Made by a program: the position numbers and the translations under genes. A stretch of DNA of 64,000 bases from positions 32,001 through 96,000 of IMG/VR virus record IMGVR_UViG_3300023170_004399; one strand, given 5' to 3'. Below, in pieces: positions 1 through 11,310 of the stretch; the first letter of the stretch is position 1; every line of letters starts with the position of its first letter. The stretch is from a virus (Duplodnaviria > Caudoviricetes). The notes beneath the pieces are model-generated. The model did no database searches, was not told the origin of the DNA, and worked only from the letters and a program-made list of their open reading frames with translations.

Positions 1-1
1 T

Positions 2-541
2 TTAAGAAACCCCAGCTTCACACCTTTTTCTCGAGAGTTGTTTGAGTATATTCACAACCTTCAAGATAAGAAAATTATATATATTGTTGGTAATCACGAC
101 GTTGCTTTTCATGCGTTTGTTAATACGACTTTAATGAATGTTGAATTTAAGAAAGAACACGTGTTTAAATATTGCGGCAGAGTTTATAGAGTCGTACATG
201 GTGATGAGTATGACACCGGTTTAGTTAAGAAAGAGTATTTAATGCAACTAGTTTCATTTGCGCAAAACGCATTTGAAAGATTGTTTAAAATTGATTTGAC
301 TACTTTGTATGCTAATTGGAAGTTAAAAAAAAGGAAACTAATTAGGATTTGGGATATAATATCTTGGAATAAAGATATTGATGTATTAATTATGGGGCAT
401 ACACATGTACCTGAAGTGTTGATATGGGTAGACAAAAATGAGAAAATAAAAACGTATATAAACAGTGGGGATTGGGTTGGCAACTGCACGTACGTTATTA
501 TAAAAGATGGTCAAGTTAGACTTCGTAAATATGAAGAATGA
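2..541 (+). CDS. Calcineurin-like metallophosphoesterase (LpxH-like), 5'-truncated by the window edge
   Basis: Motifs GNHD, HGD, GHTH and NSGDW. The frame is open back to position 2, so the TTG at 38 is probably not the real start. Confidence 0.8.
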   Translation, partial: LRNPSFTPFSRELFEYIHNLQDKKIIYIVGNHDVAFHAFVNTTLMNVEFKKEHVFKYCGRVYRVVHGDEYDTGLVKKEYLMQLVSFAQNAFERLFKIDLTTLYANWKLKKRKLIRIWDIISWNKDIDVLIMGHTHVPEVLIWVDKNEKIKTYINSGDWVGNCTYVIIKDGQVRLRKYEE

Positions 542-591
542 TCAAATTAAATAAATTTTTGTCATAATTAATATAGTTTAGGAGCTAGTTA

Positions 592-3500
592 ATGTTAGAT
601 CAGAATGTGCAAAAACTATTAATAGAAAGACTTCTTTTAGTTGAAAATAAGAAAAATTTAATAAAGCTGTATCCACAACATGCAGATGATATTAATACAC
701 TTCCAAATAAATATTTAATGTGGTTAAGCTCGCGCTTTGTTTCTAAAAAAGTGCAAGAAGTACATCCAATAGAAGATTGTTTTGAAACACTACAAAAATA
801 TAGTAAAGTAGAAAATAGTGTTAATGCAAAATTCAGAGATAAACAATTTGTTAATGTAGTAAATCGCATGTTACCTGACAAAGAATGGAACGACCCTAGG
901 GATATAATGAAGTTGACAATTGACGAAATGGAAATGTTGATTGTTTTAAGAGAAAGAAAGAAACCACCATTTGATATTGAAGCGGTAGAAATACAAAATG
1001 ATGAAATAGTAGGTAACATCGATGGTTGGAACATATACGTGCCTTTATCGCGCGAATCTAGCTGCGTTATAGCTCAATATGACGAAATGACAATGATGCC
1101 AAAAACTACATGGTGTACTGCTAGAATTCATGGCTCAAATCTTTTTTATAATTACGTCGGAAGAGAAGAAGCCGATATTATTTTATATTATGTAATAAAA
1201 GATGATGCAAAAGACGTTGAAGATTTTCTTTCAATTGGATTATATAATGGCAAAGTAAGACTTAACGGCCAAAATGGTGGACTGAGCGTTGATAGAGACA
1301 ACATTGGACTTACAGTTGAAAGAGTTAAAAAAATATTTGGTGCATCTACGTGGTCTAAAGTGGAAGCAAAAATATTAGAAGATGCTAAAAGATGGAAAGA
1401 CAAAGACGGCAACTTGGTGCACCCTGCTAAACAAAAAGTTAAATTAGCAAGAACAGACAGAAAAGAACTTCAAAATTTTATTCGAGGCTTAAGTGCTAGT
1501 GAAACTGAAGATGCTATTAACATGGTTTTAGATGGAGACTGTACCAATGAAATTAGGCTAGATATTTTTAACAATAAGAAATATTTTAATGCAGTTACAA
1601 AAAACCCACCGACACAGCGTAATACAATATCTACACCGGTGGATAAAAGTCATAACACTTTTGTTAACATGTATTCTGATATTGCTAGAAAAGTTTTAAG
1701 AAAACAAAGAAATTATGGCGTTAATTTACCCACAGATAAGCAGGCAGAAGAAGATGCTTTTGTTAGCATTGTTACAAGTCAGTTTATTTTTAATCTGATT
1801 GATAATATTATTAAATCACGTGATGATGCAGTTTTTGATTTATATAAAATGTCAGACATCTTTAATTCAAAGAATGGTGATGTAGGCAGTGACAGTGTAG
1901 CTTATGGCAAGCTTAACAGAGCTGTGCACAACTTATATGCAGCTGAATATTTAGAAAACATAAAACGCGCTCATATATTGGCAGCAGTTGATGATGCTTT
2001 AGAAGGGGGAGATAAATTAGAAGAAATTAATAAACCAATTAACTTTGCAGCCGCGATTAAAGATCAAACCAGCCTGAACAAACATGTCGGTGGAAATCAA
2101 AAACCCTTAAATCAAACTATGGTAAATACTACATTTGCGAAAGTGTATGGGTTGGATAGAATGTTAACATTCGGCAAGAATTATGATGAGCGTAGAGATG
2201 ATGAAATAAAATGGTTTTCTTACAAGGCTGATGAGAGCATATTTAGTCCGAAAGGTAGAGGGACTACGAGTTTGGCGCCAAACATTCGAAAAGCTGACTT
2301 AGATTTGATTAATCAATATAAAAAAATAAATAATAGCAAAATTTTGCCTACGCCAGAAGGTTCGATGCCAGCAACGTTGTTGCAAATGAATTTTTCTGAC
2401 AATTTCAACTGGTCGAATGATACTCGTTCTAAAAAGAAAAAAGTTTTATTTTTACACGGAAAATTATTAATCCATGTACCAATTTTAAATACTTCTGTGT
2501 ATTTTGACGATTTAATATACCATTTGTTAAATGATGACCCTGCAGCTCATGGCAGTCGCGGGACTAGGTTTCTTCACGCTGTTAAGGAAAACAACTTATA
2601 TAATGAATACATAAAAAAAATAAATGAATTAATAAGTAATATAAATTCTAGAATATTTTCACTGATTAGAAACCCTAATGTCGAAGTTGTATCAATTCCC
2701 GTTAGTGCAATGCCATTAATTGCGAATAATCCGATTAGTGGTAATTCTAAAAGTTGGCAAATAAATAGTGAAAGAAATCATTATGCACCGCCTATTAATT
2801 TAAATAGTCCAAGGTTGGAAGTGGCCCGCGGAAAAGACATAAAAGAATCTTTTCTGACGTCAGAAAATGTACATGAAGCTTTCCAAAAAAGTTTGGGTTA
2901 TAATCCAGTTTCTGCAGACTATACTGATTCTAGCAATATAGGTAACATTGATTTGCAAATTGTTTCTTTAGATTTGGACAGAAAAGTAAAAATTTTTGAT
3001 AAGTTTTTCGAAAAATTTGCTAGCAAGAATGTTACAAATGATAAACCAATTCATGAAATGCAGGGCAATTATTATAACACAGCATCGGAAAAAATAAGTA
3101 CATTTAAGAAAGAAGTTGCTGCTGGTTTTAAAACAAGTTACAGTTTTGAGATAGGACAAATAAATCATATTGGAAGACATGATCGAGCTAATGATACGTA
3201 CTCAGAAGGAGATTTTCTTGCAAGAGTAAATAGATCCTACAGTGAAAATTATTTATCATCAGTCTTTATATCTAGAAACAATTTTACTAGTCCATTTACT
3301 AGAGGCGAAAATCAGGAAGTAGGTTATCACGAGGGCGGATGGCCATTAGAATTAGATTTAAATAAGCGTTATGAAATTTTAGAAAAGTTAATAAGTCATA
3401 TGAAATATTTAAATGAAATGTGTGATTTGCTTGGTTTTAAAATTAGCCATAATTTCCCATGCATTTCACGTGCTTACAACCAAAGATTTTTAAGAACAAG

Positions 3501-5550
3501 CAATTTAAGGTTTTTAAAACACAAAGATGGTTCAGATGCTTTTGATAGCCTTTATGAAAAACCATTGAGTTATTTATCAATTAAAAAATACGAAGAGAAA
3601 AAACAGACAGAAACAGCTCAAGTGGTAATGGTGCAATGCTATGTTAAAAATGGTAGAATAGATACTGATAAATTTGAAAAAGATTATAAAGCCATTGACA
3701 ATGGCGAAAACACTCAGGATTGGGCACAGGAAGATGCTGTTGATTTTTTAAACATGTTGCATTACAATGTAATAGAAATATTGTCACATTTTAATATACC
3801 TTTGCAAATACATGTCACTAATATTATTAAAAGTTGTTTGGCAGACATTTTCGGTGAAGGTGAATATATTACAAACCCTAATGATTTTTTTAATATGGTC
3901 GAAAAATCTAGAAACTTTTATTCAAAATTAAAGAATGAAAAGTCAAAACAGTTTTATAAAAAATGTATAGAACATCATTTTTTAGGCATGATTGGTGAAT
4001 TGCACTTTATGTATGGTAGAGAAGCAATGAATCAAACCCGGGTTGGGAAAGTCAATAATATTTATAAAAATTATTCTGTTTCTGATATTGACAAATTAGT
4101 AACTTTTTATATAAAATATATTAAAGAAAATCCTGATGTAGAAGCATATTTTGACGTGCACACAAGAGCAAGGCATGAAACATACACTAATGATATGATT
4201 CTTGCTTTGTTTGATAATGCAACATCATTATCAGAAATCAACCAATCTATGGAAGTGTTTGATAAATACTTAGATTTTTTACTGGAAGCTAAAGACCACG
4301 CAGAATTTCCTAAATCATTAGGGTTTGTATTAACGCACAAAATGTATGAAAGCGGAGAAGATAGAAACGAAGCTGCTGGTTTAAACCAAAATTCTCACCG
4401 GTTAAAATATGCAGCTGAAGCCGGCAGTTTCATGAAAGAAAGCAAAGAAAAATTTGAGATTTTATTTTCATTACTCTTGCACGCAAAAAACCTGCCAGAT
4501 GGTCTTAAGAAAACATGTTTTATAAACACAGCTATATTCGCAGCATCAACTATAGGCTATAAAGATATACATGTCGAAAACCACAATATTTCTGAAATTG
4601 CAATAAAACAATTACTTGAACTAGTTTCTAAAAACAATTTTATAAAGGATATTCAGTCTGTAACGTTTCATAAGCTGAGCACATTACTTACACAAATATT
4701 ACCAGCTGCTTATGTTATACATGCTTATAACGCTTGGAAAGAATTGTACAAAACTATAAATAATAAAGTTTATCATTCAGGCGGTCTCAAAATAATAAAG
4801 TCGGATACTTTACAAGATATTGCCAGTCATATAGTAAGAGGAAAAATACATAAACATGTGCAGGATATTGGTGATGAATACCCTCCTCTTGAAATGTCTG
4901 CTGCAGATGAACAAGAATTTTATACGAAAGTTGCTAGTATGTATAATGAAAGAGCTAATGTTACATTCAACAACAGTGGTGATATAATTAAGGGCCACAT
5001 GTTAAGCGGACTTGATGATAAATTTTATCAAACTCTAAACACAGTACTTTATATATGTTGGCATTTTGGGTTGAATAAAGAAAACACTGATATTCCTGTT
5101 GTTGCTAGCAATTTTAAAATTTCTGACAGTCACACTATGTTTTTTATTGACTTTGTGTTTAAAGCTGTTAAAATGCATCGCGGTTACAACATGGGCGATA
5201 TTGGTAAAGAAAGGCTTTATAAAGCTCTTCTATCAGCAGTTTACCCGGGAAAAACTACCAGCATGTATGATGTGCACATATTGGATATGCCTTTTGAATA
5301 CTTTCTTCTTTGTCTGTTAAAGAAATATTTTGATAAATCAAATACTGGTAGCCCGGGGATAACAAAAAATATTACGCCTAGCAATGGTAAGGCTTTTTTA
5401 GAACAAGTTAAAAAATATGGTTTTGACTATGCAGATAACAGCAAGGGTGTACCTGCCATGAGTAAAACTAGCTCAGAAATTAACGATACGCATAATGACC
5501 AGGTTATATTAATCAAACAAATATTTGACTTGCACGATGGTGGAAATTAA
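592..5550 (+). CDS. Giant hypothetical phage protein (1652 aa), paralogue A; conserved N-terminal WCT-motif domain, unassigned C-terminus
   Basis: Long ORF with AGGAG SD. The first ~290 aa align with the next ORF, including an identical PKTTWCTARIHGSNLFYNYV. Confidence 0.7.
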   Translation: MLDQNVQKLLIERLLLVENKKNLIKLYPQHADDINTLPNKYLMWLSSRFVSKKVQEVHPIEDCFETLQKYSKVENSVNAKFRDKQFVNVVNRMLPDKEWNDPRDIMKLTIDEMEMLIVLRERKKPPFDIEAVEIQNDEIVGNIDGWNIYVPLSRESSCVIAQYDEMTMMPKTTWCTARIHGSNLFYNYVGREEADIILYYVIKDDAKDVEDFLSIGLYNGKVRLNGQNGGLSVDRDNIGLTVERVKKIFGASTWSKVEAKILEDAKRWKDKDGNLVHPAKQKVKLARTDRKELQNFIRGLSASETEDAINMVLDGDCTNEIRLDIFNNKKYFNAVTKNPPTQRNTISTPVDKSHNTFVNMYSDIARKVLRKQRNYGVNLPTDKQAEEDAFVSIVTSQFIFNLIDNIIKSRDDAVFDLYKMSDIFNSKNGDVGSDSVAYGKLNRAVHNLYAAEYLENIKRAHILAAVDDALEGGDKLEEINKPINFAAAIKDQTSLNKHVGGNQKPLNQTMVNTTFAKVYGLDRMLTFGKNYDERRDDEIKWFSYKADESIFSPKGRGTTSLAPNIRKADLDLINQYKKINNSKILPTPEGSMPATLLQMNFSDNFNWSNDTRSKKKKVLFLHGKLLIHVPILNTSVYFDDLIYHLLNDDPAAHGSRGTRFLHAVKENNLYNEYIKKINELISNINSRIFSLIRNPNVEVVSIPVSAMPLIANNPISGNSKSWQINSERNHYAPPINLNSPRLEVARGKDIKESFLTSENVHEAFQKSLGYNPVSADYTDSSNIGNIDLQIVSLDLDRKVKIFDKFFEKFASKNVTNDKPIHEMQGNYYNTASEKISTFKKEVAAGFKTSYSFEIGQINHIGRHDRANDTYSEGDFLARVNRSYSENYLSSVFISRNNFTSPFTRGENQEVGYHEGGWPLELDLNKRYEILEKLISHMKYLNEMCDLLGFKISHNFPCISRAYNQRFLRTSNLRFLKHKDGSDAFDSLYEKPLSYLSIKKYEEKKQTETAQVVMVQCYVKNGRIDTDKFEKDYKAIDNGENTQDWAQEDAVDFLNMLHYNVIEILSHFNIPLQIHVTNIIKSCLADIFGEGEYITNPNDFFNMVEKSRNFYSKLKNEKSKQFYKKCIEHHFLGMIGELHFMYGREAMNQTRVGKVNNIYKNYSVSDIDKLVTFYIKYIKENPDVEAYFDVHTRARHETYTNDMILALFDNATSLSEINQSMEVFDKYLDFLLEAKDHAEFPKSLGFVLTHKMYESGEDRNEAAGLNQNSHRLKYAAEAGSFMKESKEKFEILFSLLLHAKNLPDGLKKTCFINTAIFAASTIGYKDIHVENHNISEIAIKQLLELVSKNNFIKDIQSVTFHKLSTLLTQILPAAYVIHAYNAWKELYKTINNKVYHSGGLKIIKSDTLQDIASHIVRGKIHKHVQDIGDEYPPLEMSAADEQEFYTKVASMYNERANVTFNNSGDIIKGHMLSGLDDKFYQTLNTVLYICWHFGLNKENTDIPVVASNFKISDSHTMFFIDFVFKAVKMHRGYNMGDIGKERLYKALLSAVYPGKTTSMYDVHILDMPFEYFLLCLLKKYFDKSNTGSPGITKNITPSNGKAFLEQVKKYGFDYADNSKGVPAMSKTSSEINDTHNDQVILIKQIFDLHDGGN

Positions 5551-5551
5551 A

Positions 5552-8500
5552 ATGAATTTAATAAACGAAACATACAAAATAATTTTATTATTAGAAAACA
5601 AGAAAAAGTTAATTAGTGCATTTCCTGAATACGCTAATGAAATTAATGCATTGCCTAATAAGGCATCTAATTGGTTGAATAGTAGATTTATTAAAGACAC
5701 TTATACAGAAGTGCATCCTATACAAGATTGTTTTTCTGTCCTGGACGATTATTTGCGCAAAGAATCTCGTGTAAAGTCAAAATACAAATCGGGTGGTGAA
5801 TACAAAGATGCCGTCGATAATTCTTTGCCAAACAAGTCATGGGAAAACCCAAATGATTTTATGAAATTATCAGTTGATGAAATGTTAATTTTAATCCAGC
5901 TTTTAGATTATAGAAAACCACTAATCGACGTAGACAATACTAGAATCCAGAGAGAAGAAATAATTGGGCGTGTGGATGATTGGCAAGTATACATGCCTAT
6001 AACACGAGCATCAAGTTGTGTAATAGCGGGGTATGATGAGAAGACATATGTCCCAAAAACAACTTGGTGCACTGCTAGAATTCATGGGTCTAACTTGTTT
6101 TACAATTATGTAGCTCGAGAAGATGCAGATATAGTATTGTTTTATTTAATTAAAGATAATGCTAGTGGACCAGAAGATTATTTATCTATTGGTTATAGAA
6201 ATGGGAAGGCTTTATTAGATGGCACGAATGGAAGTCTTAGTGTTGATGGTGACAATGTTGGTTTAACTGAAAGTAGGTTATTAGATATTCTTGGGTCATC
6301 GAAGTGGAATGCAATACAAAGAAAACTTACTGATAAAGTTGACACTTTGACTGATAGTCGAGGGCGATTGATACACCCAGTAAAAAAAGAAATAGAGAAA
6401 GCAAGAACTAATTCAGATGTATTTATGAAATTTTATTCAAATCAAAGTGGCACAGAATCAATTGACTCACTTAAACTTCTGTTAAACGCTAGTTATTATG
6501 ACAAATTTATTCACATGAAGGGGCCAATACATCCTATTCAAAGCGGTGTATACGGAAAATATATCAAGGAAGCTTTTTCAAAACTACAAAGTAATGAAAA
6601 GTTAAAATCACACAAAGGTTTTAAGCTAGATAGAAATTTAAATTTGTTAACCAACAACAGGGGTCACTATTTGACAATTGACGAAAAAATATTTTCTGAC
6701 TTGTTAAATGATAGAAATATTAAAAAAACTAGTTTTTTTCATGAAATTGATGCTAGCAATGATAATGAATTTGATATGGGTAGTTATAATAATGATGATT
6801 TTATGCATTTTTATAATGAGTATGTGTGCACCCTTTTAGCATATTGCAAACCAGAGAGTTATGATAAATGTGTGGAAATAGCACGTGAAAAAATAAGAGC
6901 TATTATTCTTGATATATTGAATACTGGTTTTAATATCAATGAAAACGTTTTTTCTAGATCAACATTGTTAAAAAATAGTGTAGGCACAAGGATAGAAAAT
7001 GATGCTGCTGGAACTAGAGAATTTTTGCCATGGAATGCTCAACAAGATATTATTGGCAATAAGTTTAAATTAAATAGTGCACTAAGAACAGAAGATATTG
7101 ATAGATGTATTACCTTTCTTAACCTTGTTTTTCTTAACGAACAAGTTAGCAAAGAAGATAAAGAAAAGATAATTGCACATCTTAAAAAAATATGTAACAA
7201 ATACAAAATGGCGTACGGCATAAAGTCAGATTATACTGTAACTGATTTTATAAATGATTTTTTCGTACCAGAAAGTAGCGATGAAAAATTAGAAAATATA
7301 GAAAGCGAAAGCTCACTAGACAAAAACAAAGAAACTGTCAAGAAATTAACTTTGAAATATGACAAAAGTACAAAACTATGGGATCCTAAAGACATTGGTC
7401 CGGCAGCTATCTTCGATGGTGGTAATGCGCCAACAGAGGGAAATTATTTAATTAATATTCATTTAGGCATCGACCCTTTTAGTTCTTGGGAACAAGCAAA
7501 AAAAGCTTCGAAGAATAAGATTTATGTCTTAACTGATCAGCCGAAAGCATATTGTAAAGATATTAATTTGTCTGTGTCTTTAGGTAGTTTGATGTATTTT
7601 ATGTGTAAGAAACTCGATAACAAACCAGTTTTTGCGCCAGCCGAAATTCTTAGTTTTTCTAGAAAGTTTGTAAAAAAATATGAACACATGTTAGAAAATA
7701 TTTTTAAAAATAAAAACATTGATATAATAATAAACAACAAATATGCAGAAGATAATAAACATAGATCATTCATAGATGAACGTATATTAGATGATACGCA
7801 ATTATTTAGTGCAGACAATACCAGTTTGGTACAATATGCTCATACTCAAGTTATGAAGTCTTTCAAACGTAAATTTGACATGTCAAATTCCATAGCTCAA
7901 TCTTCAAAACAAGTAACTGGTGACTATATTAAAAAATATTTTGCTGAAAATGAAGATGCATCAGTACATAATTTTATAAGTGATCATCCAAAAATAGAAT
8001 TGTTTAATGTTTATAACTTAAGTGCTGGAAGAAAACATTCCTTAAAAGGGAATATTCTACATGATTTACGACTCCAGAATGTGGAAATAGAAGAAACAGA
8101 GGAAAATGCAGAGTTTTTCGAGGAAAGAGACAAAAGTTTAGAAAAATTACGAAACTTATTCAAAGCTTCAGTAGATAAAGAACACATGGCTAATTGGAAC
8201 ACTGTTTACTGGGGTGAATTAAAAGAACTAATGGTTAAATTTTACAAGCACAGAATGAAAGAGGAAGGAGCGGAGAAAAGTTTTAAGAAAACATTTAGCA
8301 AAAATTTAAACAACAGTGCTTTCAGGATATTGTACTTTGAGAATATGTATAATCACATTAATGCAAGTAGATCATTTTATCCTCGAGCGAATGACGGAGG
8401 TTTAAATAACTCTGGTTGGTATTTTAATGAAAATAAATCTTTTTTAAATAAATACGTAGGTATACTTGGAGCTGACGCTGTTAAGGATTTAAACATAGAT

Positions 8501-10276
8501 AAAAAAATAAACTTGTATAAAAAACCAAACTTTAATGTACAAGAGATGGAAGAAATATTTGAAATGTTAGATACACTGAGTGCTTTTGGTGACTATAGCG
8601 AAATAAAAATGTATGCATCTCGAGCACTGATTGGAGACACAAATAAAGATAGAACATACAATGTGTTTATAAGTAAAATAATGTCGTCTATATTCCACAC
8701 TGGGACTACTGGAGGCTTTTATTCTGAAAGCTCATTTAAAAACCTTATTCAGTTTTATGAAAAAACAAAATCTATGCTTGGGATAGAAAAGGTTGTTAGA
8801 CTAGTTAATGATGGCCAAAATGCAGAATACAATGACTTTAATGACTACATGTTAGAAGGGATAATTGGTATTAGATTTATCAATGCGTTAGGTTATTTTT
8901 ATCAAAGAAGAACAGACGATCCAAGTGAAATAGAAAAGACAAGTCGCATTATAGAAGCAATTTCTAATTTTTTAAATCATGTAAAAAGCAAAGATAGAGT
9001 TTTGTACGATATATTAACGCAAGTCTTTCTTTTTACTGAAAAAATATATAATCAGTTTGTAAAATTAAATCACACTACGTTTGAATCTAGATTCTTAGTT
9101 TTAGGTCTTGTTAATGCATTAGCAATAAAACCAAAGGCAGTTCAAGATTTTATGGTGCATTATCAACACGGAGCAAAACTATATGCTAATTTAATATCAT
9201 ATGATGGAAAAATATTTTATAATAATTTAAAAGATTACGGTTTGTATGGTTTTAAATCAAGTGGAGCAAGTCGTATGCCATTGTTTGATAGTAATACTTA
9301 TTTGAATGACGGGTTTTCTATGTGGGAATATCTTTGCGGTAAAGCTACTATTACGGGCACAGAAACTAAAATAAGAGCATTTGAAAGTTGGTCTACTGTA
9401 TACGGTTCCGATGAATTTGTAGATAAGGTTAATTTTATTGACTATATGTACGATTATAAAAACTTTTATTTAAGCAACAAAAACATGTTTACGGAAGCAG
9501 TACCAGAGGATTTTTTCTGGGCATATTTTAAATTTGTCGGCGCTGGTGCTCATCAAGAAATGGCGAAAAAACAGCCGGCTAAATGGAAGCATTTTGTGCA
9601 GGACATAGTAGATAACTCAAAACTTGCGAAGGAAAGCATTAATATATTTATTAATTACTGTTATCACATAACAGGATATGGTTATATATTGGATAAATAC
9701 TTTCAATATTCTGCCAGTCTACAAAAAGATATTGAGAATCCATTGCCATATAGAATATCAAATCACGTAGAAAAAATATATTCAAGTATTTTTAACAATC
9801 CTGTAGAAGTTGAAAGTTTTAAAAAGCAAATAGAATATTGGAAACATGCTGGTATTGATGGTCACTGGCAAAACAAAAGACACCCATCAGATGTTTTTGC
9901 TGGTTCATTTGCGAGTAGATACAAAAAAATGTATGGAGCTGCTTTAGAAAATTTTAATAATGCAGAGAGCACTGAAGAATCTGATACTGCTGCGCCAATG
10001 TCAGTTGTCGGAAGAAAACCTACGACAGACAAAACAATAGAGTTAATTAAGCCTAATGAAACCATAAATATTATGAATTTACCATTTTATTTATTTTCAG
10101 ATGCTTTTATTATTTTATATGCTTTTGCCTATAAAAATACACAGTATCGTTCATTATTTTTAAACACAGTAAGTTTTGATATAAAGGAAACTGTTAGTGC
10201 AAAAGATTTGGCAAATTTAGTTTCAAATTCTACATACACTGATATTTTGATACCTAAAATAAAAATAAAAAATTGA
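5552..10276 (+). CDS. Giant hypothetical phage protein (~1574 aa), paralogue B
   Basis: ATG at 5552, 1 nt after the stop of paralogue A. The N-terminus MNLINE..LLLENKKKLI aligns with paralogue A; the C-terminal ~1280 aa show no similarity by eye. Confidence 0.7.
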   Translation: MNLINETYKIILLLENKKKLISAFPEYANEINALPNKASNWLNSRFIKDTYTEVHPIQDCFSVLDDYLRKESRVKSKYKSGGEYKDAVDNSLPNKSWENPNDFMKLSVDEMLILIQLLDYRKPLIDVDNTRIQREEIIGRVDDWQVYMPITRASSCVIAGYDEKTYVPKTTWCTARIHGSNLFYNYVAREDADIVLFYLIKDNASGPEDYLSIGYRNGKALLDGTNGSLSVDGDNVGLTESRLLDILGSSKWNAIQRKLTDKVDTLTDSRGRLIHPVKKEIEKARTNSDVFMKFYSNQSGTESIDSLKLLLNASYYDKFIHMKGPIHPIQSGVYGKYIKEAFSKLQSNEKLKSHKGFKLDRNLNLLTNNRGHYLTIDEKIFSDLLNDRNIKKTSFFHEIDASNDNEFDMGSYNNDDFMHFYNEYVCTLLAYCKPESYDKCVEIAREKIRAIILDILNTGFNINENVFSRSTLLKNSVGTRIENDAAGTREFLPWNAQQDIIGNKFKLNSALRTEDIDRCITFLNLVFLNEQVSKEDKEKIIAHLKKICNKYKMAYGIKSDYTVTDFINDFFVPESSDEKLENIESESSLDKNKETVKKLTLKYDKSTKLWDPKDIGPAAIFDGGNAPTEGNYLINIHLGIDPFSSWEQAKKASKNKIYVLTDQPKAYCKDINLSVSLGSLMYFMCKKLDNKPVFAPAEILSFSRKFVKKYEHMLENIFKNKNIDIIINNKYAEDNKHRSFIDERILDDTQLFSADNTSLVQYAHTQVMKSFKRKFDMSNSIAQSSKQVTGDYIKKYFAENEDASVHNFISDHPKIELFNVYNLSAGRKHSLKGNILHDLRLQNVEIEETEENAEFFEERDKSLEKLRNLFKASVDKEHMANWNTVYWGELKELMVKFYKHRMKEEGAEKSFKKTFSKNLNNSAFRILYFENMYNHINASRSFYPRANDGGLNNSGWYFNENKSFLNKYVGILGADAVKDLNIDKKINLYKKPNFNVQEMEEIFEMLDTLSAFGDYSEIKMYASRALIGDTNKDRTYNVFISKIMSSIFHTGTTGGFYSESSFKNLIQFYEKTKSMLGIEKVVRLVNDGQNAEYNDFNDYMLEGIIGIRFINALGYFYQRRTDDPSEIEKTSRIIEAISNFLNHVKSKDRVLYDILTQVFLFTEKIYNQFVKLNHTTFESRFLVLGLVNALAIKPKAVQDFMVHYQHGAKLYANLISYDGKIFYNNLKDYGLYGFKSSGASRMPLFDSNTYLNDGFSMWEYLCGKATITGTETKIRAFESWSTVYGSDEFVDKVNFIDYMYDYKNFYLSNKNMFTEAVPEDFFWAYFKFVGAGAHQEMAKKQPAKWKHFVQDIVDNSKLAKESINIFINYCYHITGYGYILDKYFQYSASLQKDIENPLPYRISNHVEKIYSSIFNNPVEVESFKKQIEYWKHAGIDGHWQNKRHPSDVFAGSFASRYKKMYGAALENFNNAESTEESDTAAPMSVVGRKPTTDKTIELIKPNETINIMNLPFYLFSDAFIILYAFAYKNTQYRSLFLNTVSFDIKETVSAKDLANLVSNSTYTDILIPKIKIKN

Positions 10277-10277
10277 T

Positions 10278-10493
10278 ATGAAAGAAAAGAGTACCAAAAT
10301 ACATGTTGATCATTATTTTGAAGGAATGTTAGTAGCTACTGATTATACTAGGAAAAAGAATTTAATTGGTATAGTTATTGGATGCGAAGAAAGATGGTGT
10401 TTGAGTATGAATTGTAATGCTATGCTAGTTGTATTTTTTGCAGAAAATAAATTTTATGAAGAATGGATGCACAATTTAAACATGTTAAGGTGA
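10278..10493 (+). CDS. Small hypothetical protein
   Basis: 71-aa ORF filling the gap between neighbours, translationally coupled. Confidence 0.55.
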   Translation: MKEKSTKIHVDHYFEGMLVATDYTRKKNLIGIVIGCEERWCLSMNCNAMLVVFFAENKFYEEWMHNLNMLR

Positions 10494-10497
10494 TATT

Positions 10498-11310
10498 ATG
10501 TTAATAACGAAAAGTAGAATTATTCAAATATTTGGAAATAAAAACTACAAAGCTTTTAAAAAACAATTAGCAGAAGCAAAAAGAAAGAGAAAAACAAAAA
10601 CAGTACCTCAAAATACTGGAACAGTTGTTGGTCAAACTTACACTCCAGCAAATTTTCCATTTAATACAACTAAAATTACATGTAGTATTGATAAAAGAAT
10701 GTTGCCTGGTGGCGAAGTAAGTAAAAGAATGGGTCTAGATACTTTTTTACCAATGGACGCAGCTGTAGTTGAGAGTGAAGCTGAGTTATATAGAATAATA
10801 GATTCAATTGAATACGCAGCTATAAAGAAAACTAAAAAAATAATAGGCACAAAAGGATTAGCTAAGTTGCCAAAAGGAGCTGTGACGCCAGATTCAGAGT
10901 CAGAATTTGGTGCATCATTTGCTGGTGAACTGGCAGCAGCTTTAGAGTTTGGTAAACAGCATGCTAAAAGATTTAAAGCACCATTATATATTGTTAGAGT
11001 ACCAAATTGTCAAGGTTGTTTGTGCGCAACTAGTGACATGGGGGATTCTTTTGGCGGGCGTAAAGGAAAATTTTACAAGAAAATGAAACCATTTAATATT
11101 CCTTATGACGCAGCTGGTGGGCTGACTAAAAAAGCTGATAAAACACTTAAATCTAAAGGGAAAATAACATTTGATATTCATCCTCAAACTTTTCACCCAG
11201 CATTTGGTGGTAGTTTTGAAATAGATATGACAGAAACGCCAACTGAAATATATGAATTAATAGGCGATATAGCAAACCCTGCAGCACTGCAAATGAAAAG
11301 AATTTTATAA
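10498..11310 (+). CDS. Hypothetical protein, possible ADP-ribosyltransferase fold
   Basis: LYRxxxxxEYxxI, then GASFA..AALEFG, then LYIVRV: a pattern reminiscent of ART toxin domains. The ORF is solid; the function is tentative. Confidence 0.35.
   Translation: MLITKSRIIQIFGNKNYKAFKKQLAEAKRKRKTKTVPQNTGTVVGQTYTPANFPFNTTKITCSIDKRMLPGGEVSKRMGLDTFLPMDAAVVESEAELYRIIDSIEYAAIKKTKKIIGTKGLAKLPKGAVTPDSESEFGASFAGELAAALEFGKQHAKRFKAPLYIVRVPNCQGCLCATSDMGDSFGGRKGKFYKKMKPFNIPYDAAGGLTKKADKTLKSKGKITFDIHPQTFHPAFGGSFEIDMTETPTEIYELIGDIANPAALQMKRIL

Noticed and set aside
2-541. Calling the first ORF lpxH
   Set aside because: The motifs are generic for calcineurin-like phosphoesterases, the gene is truncated and there is no lipid A context.
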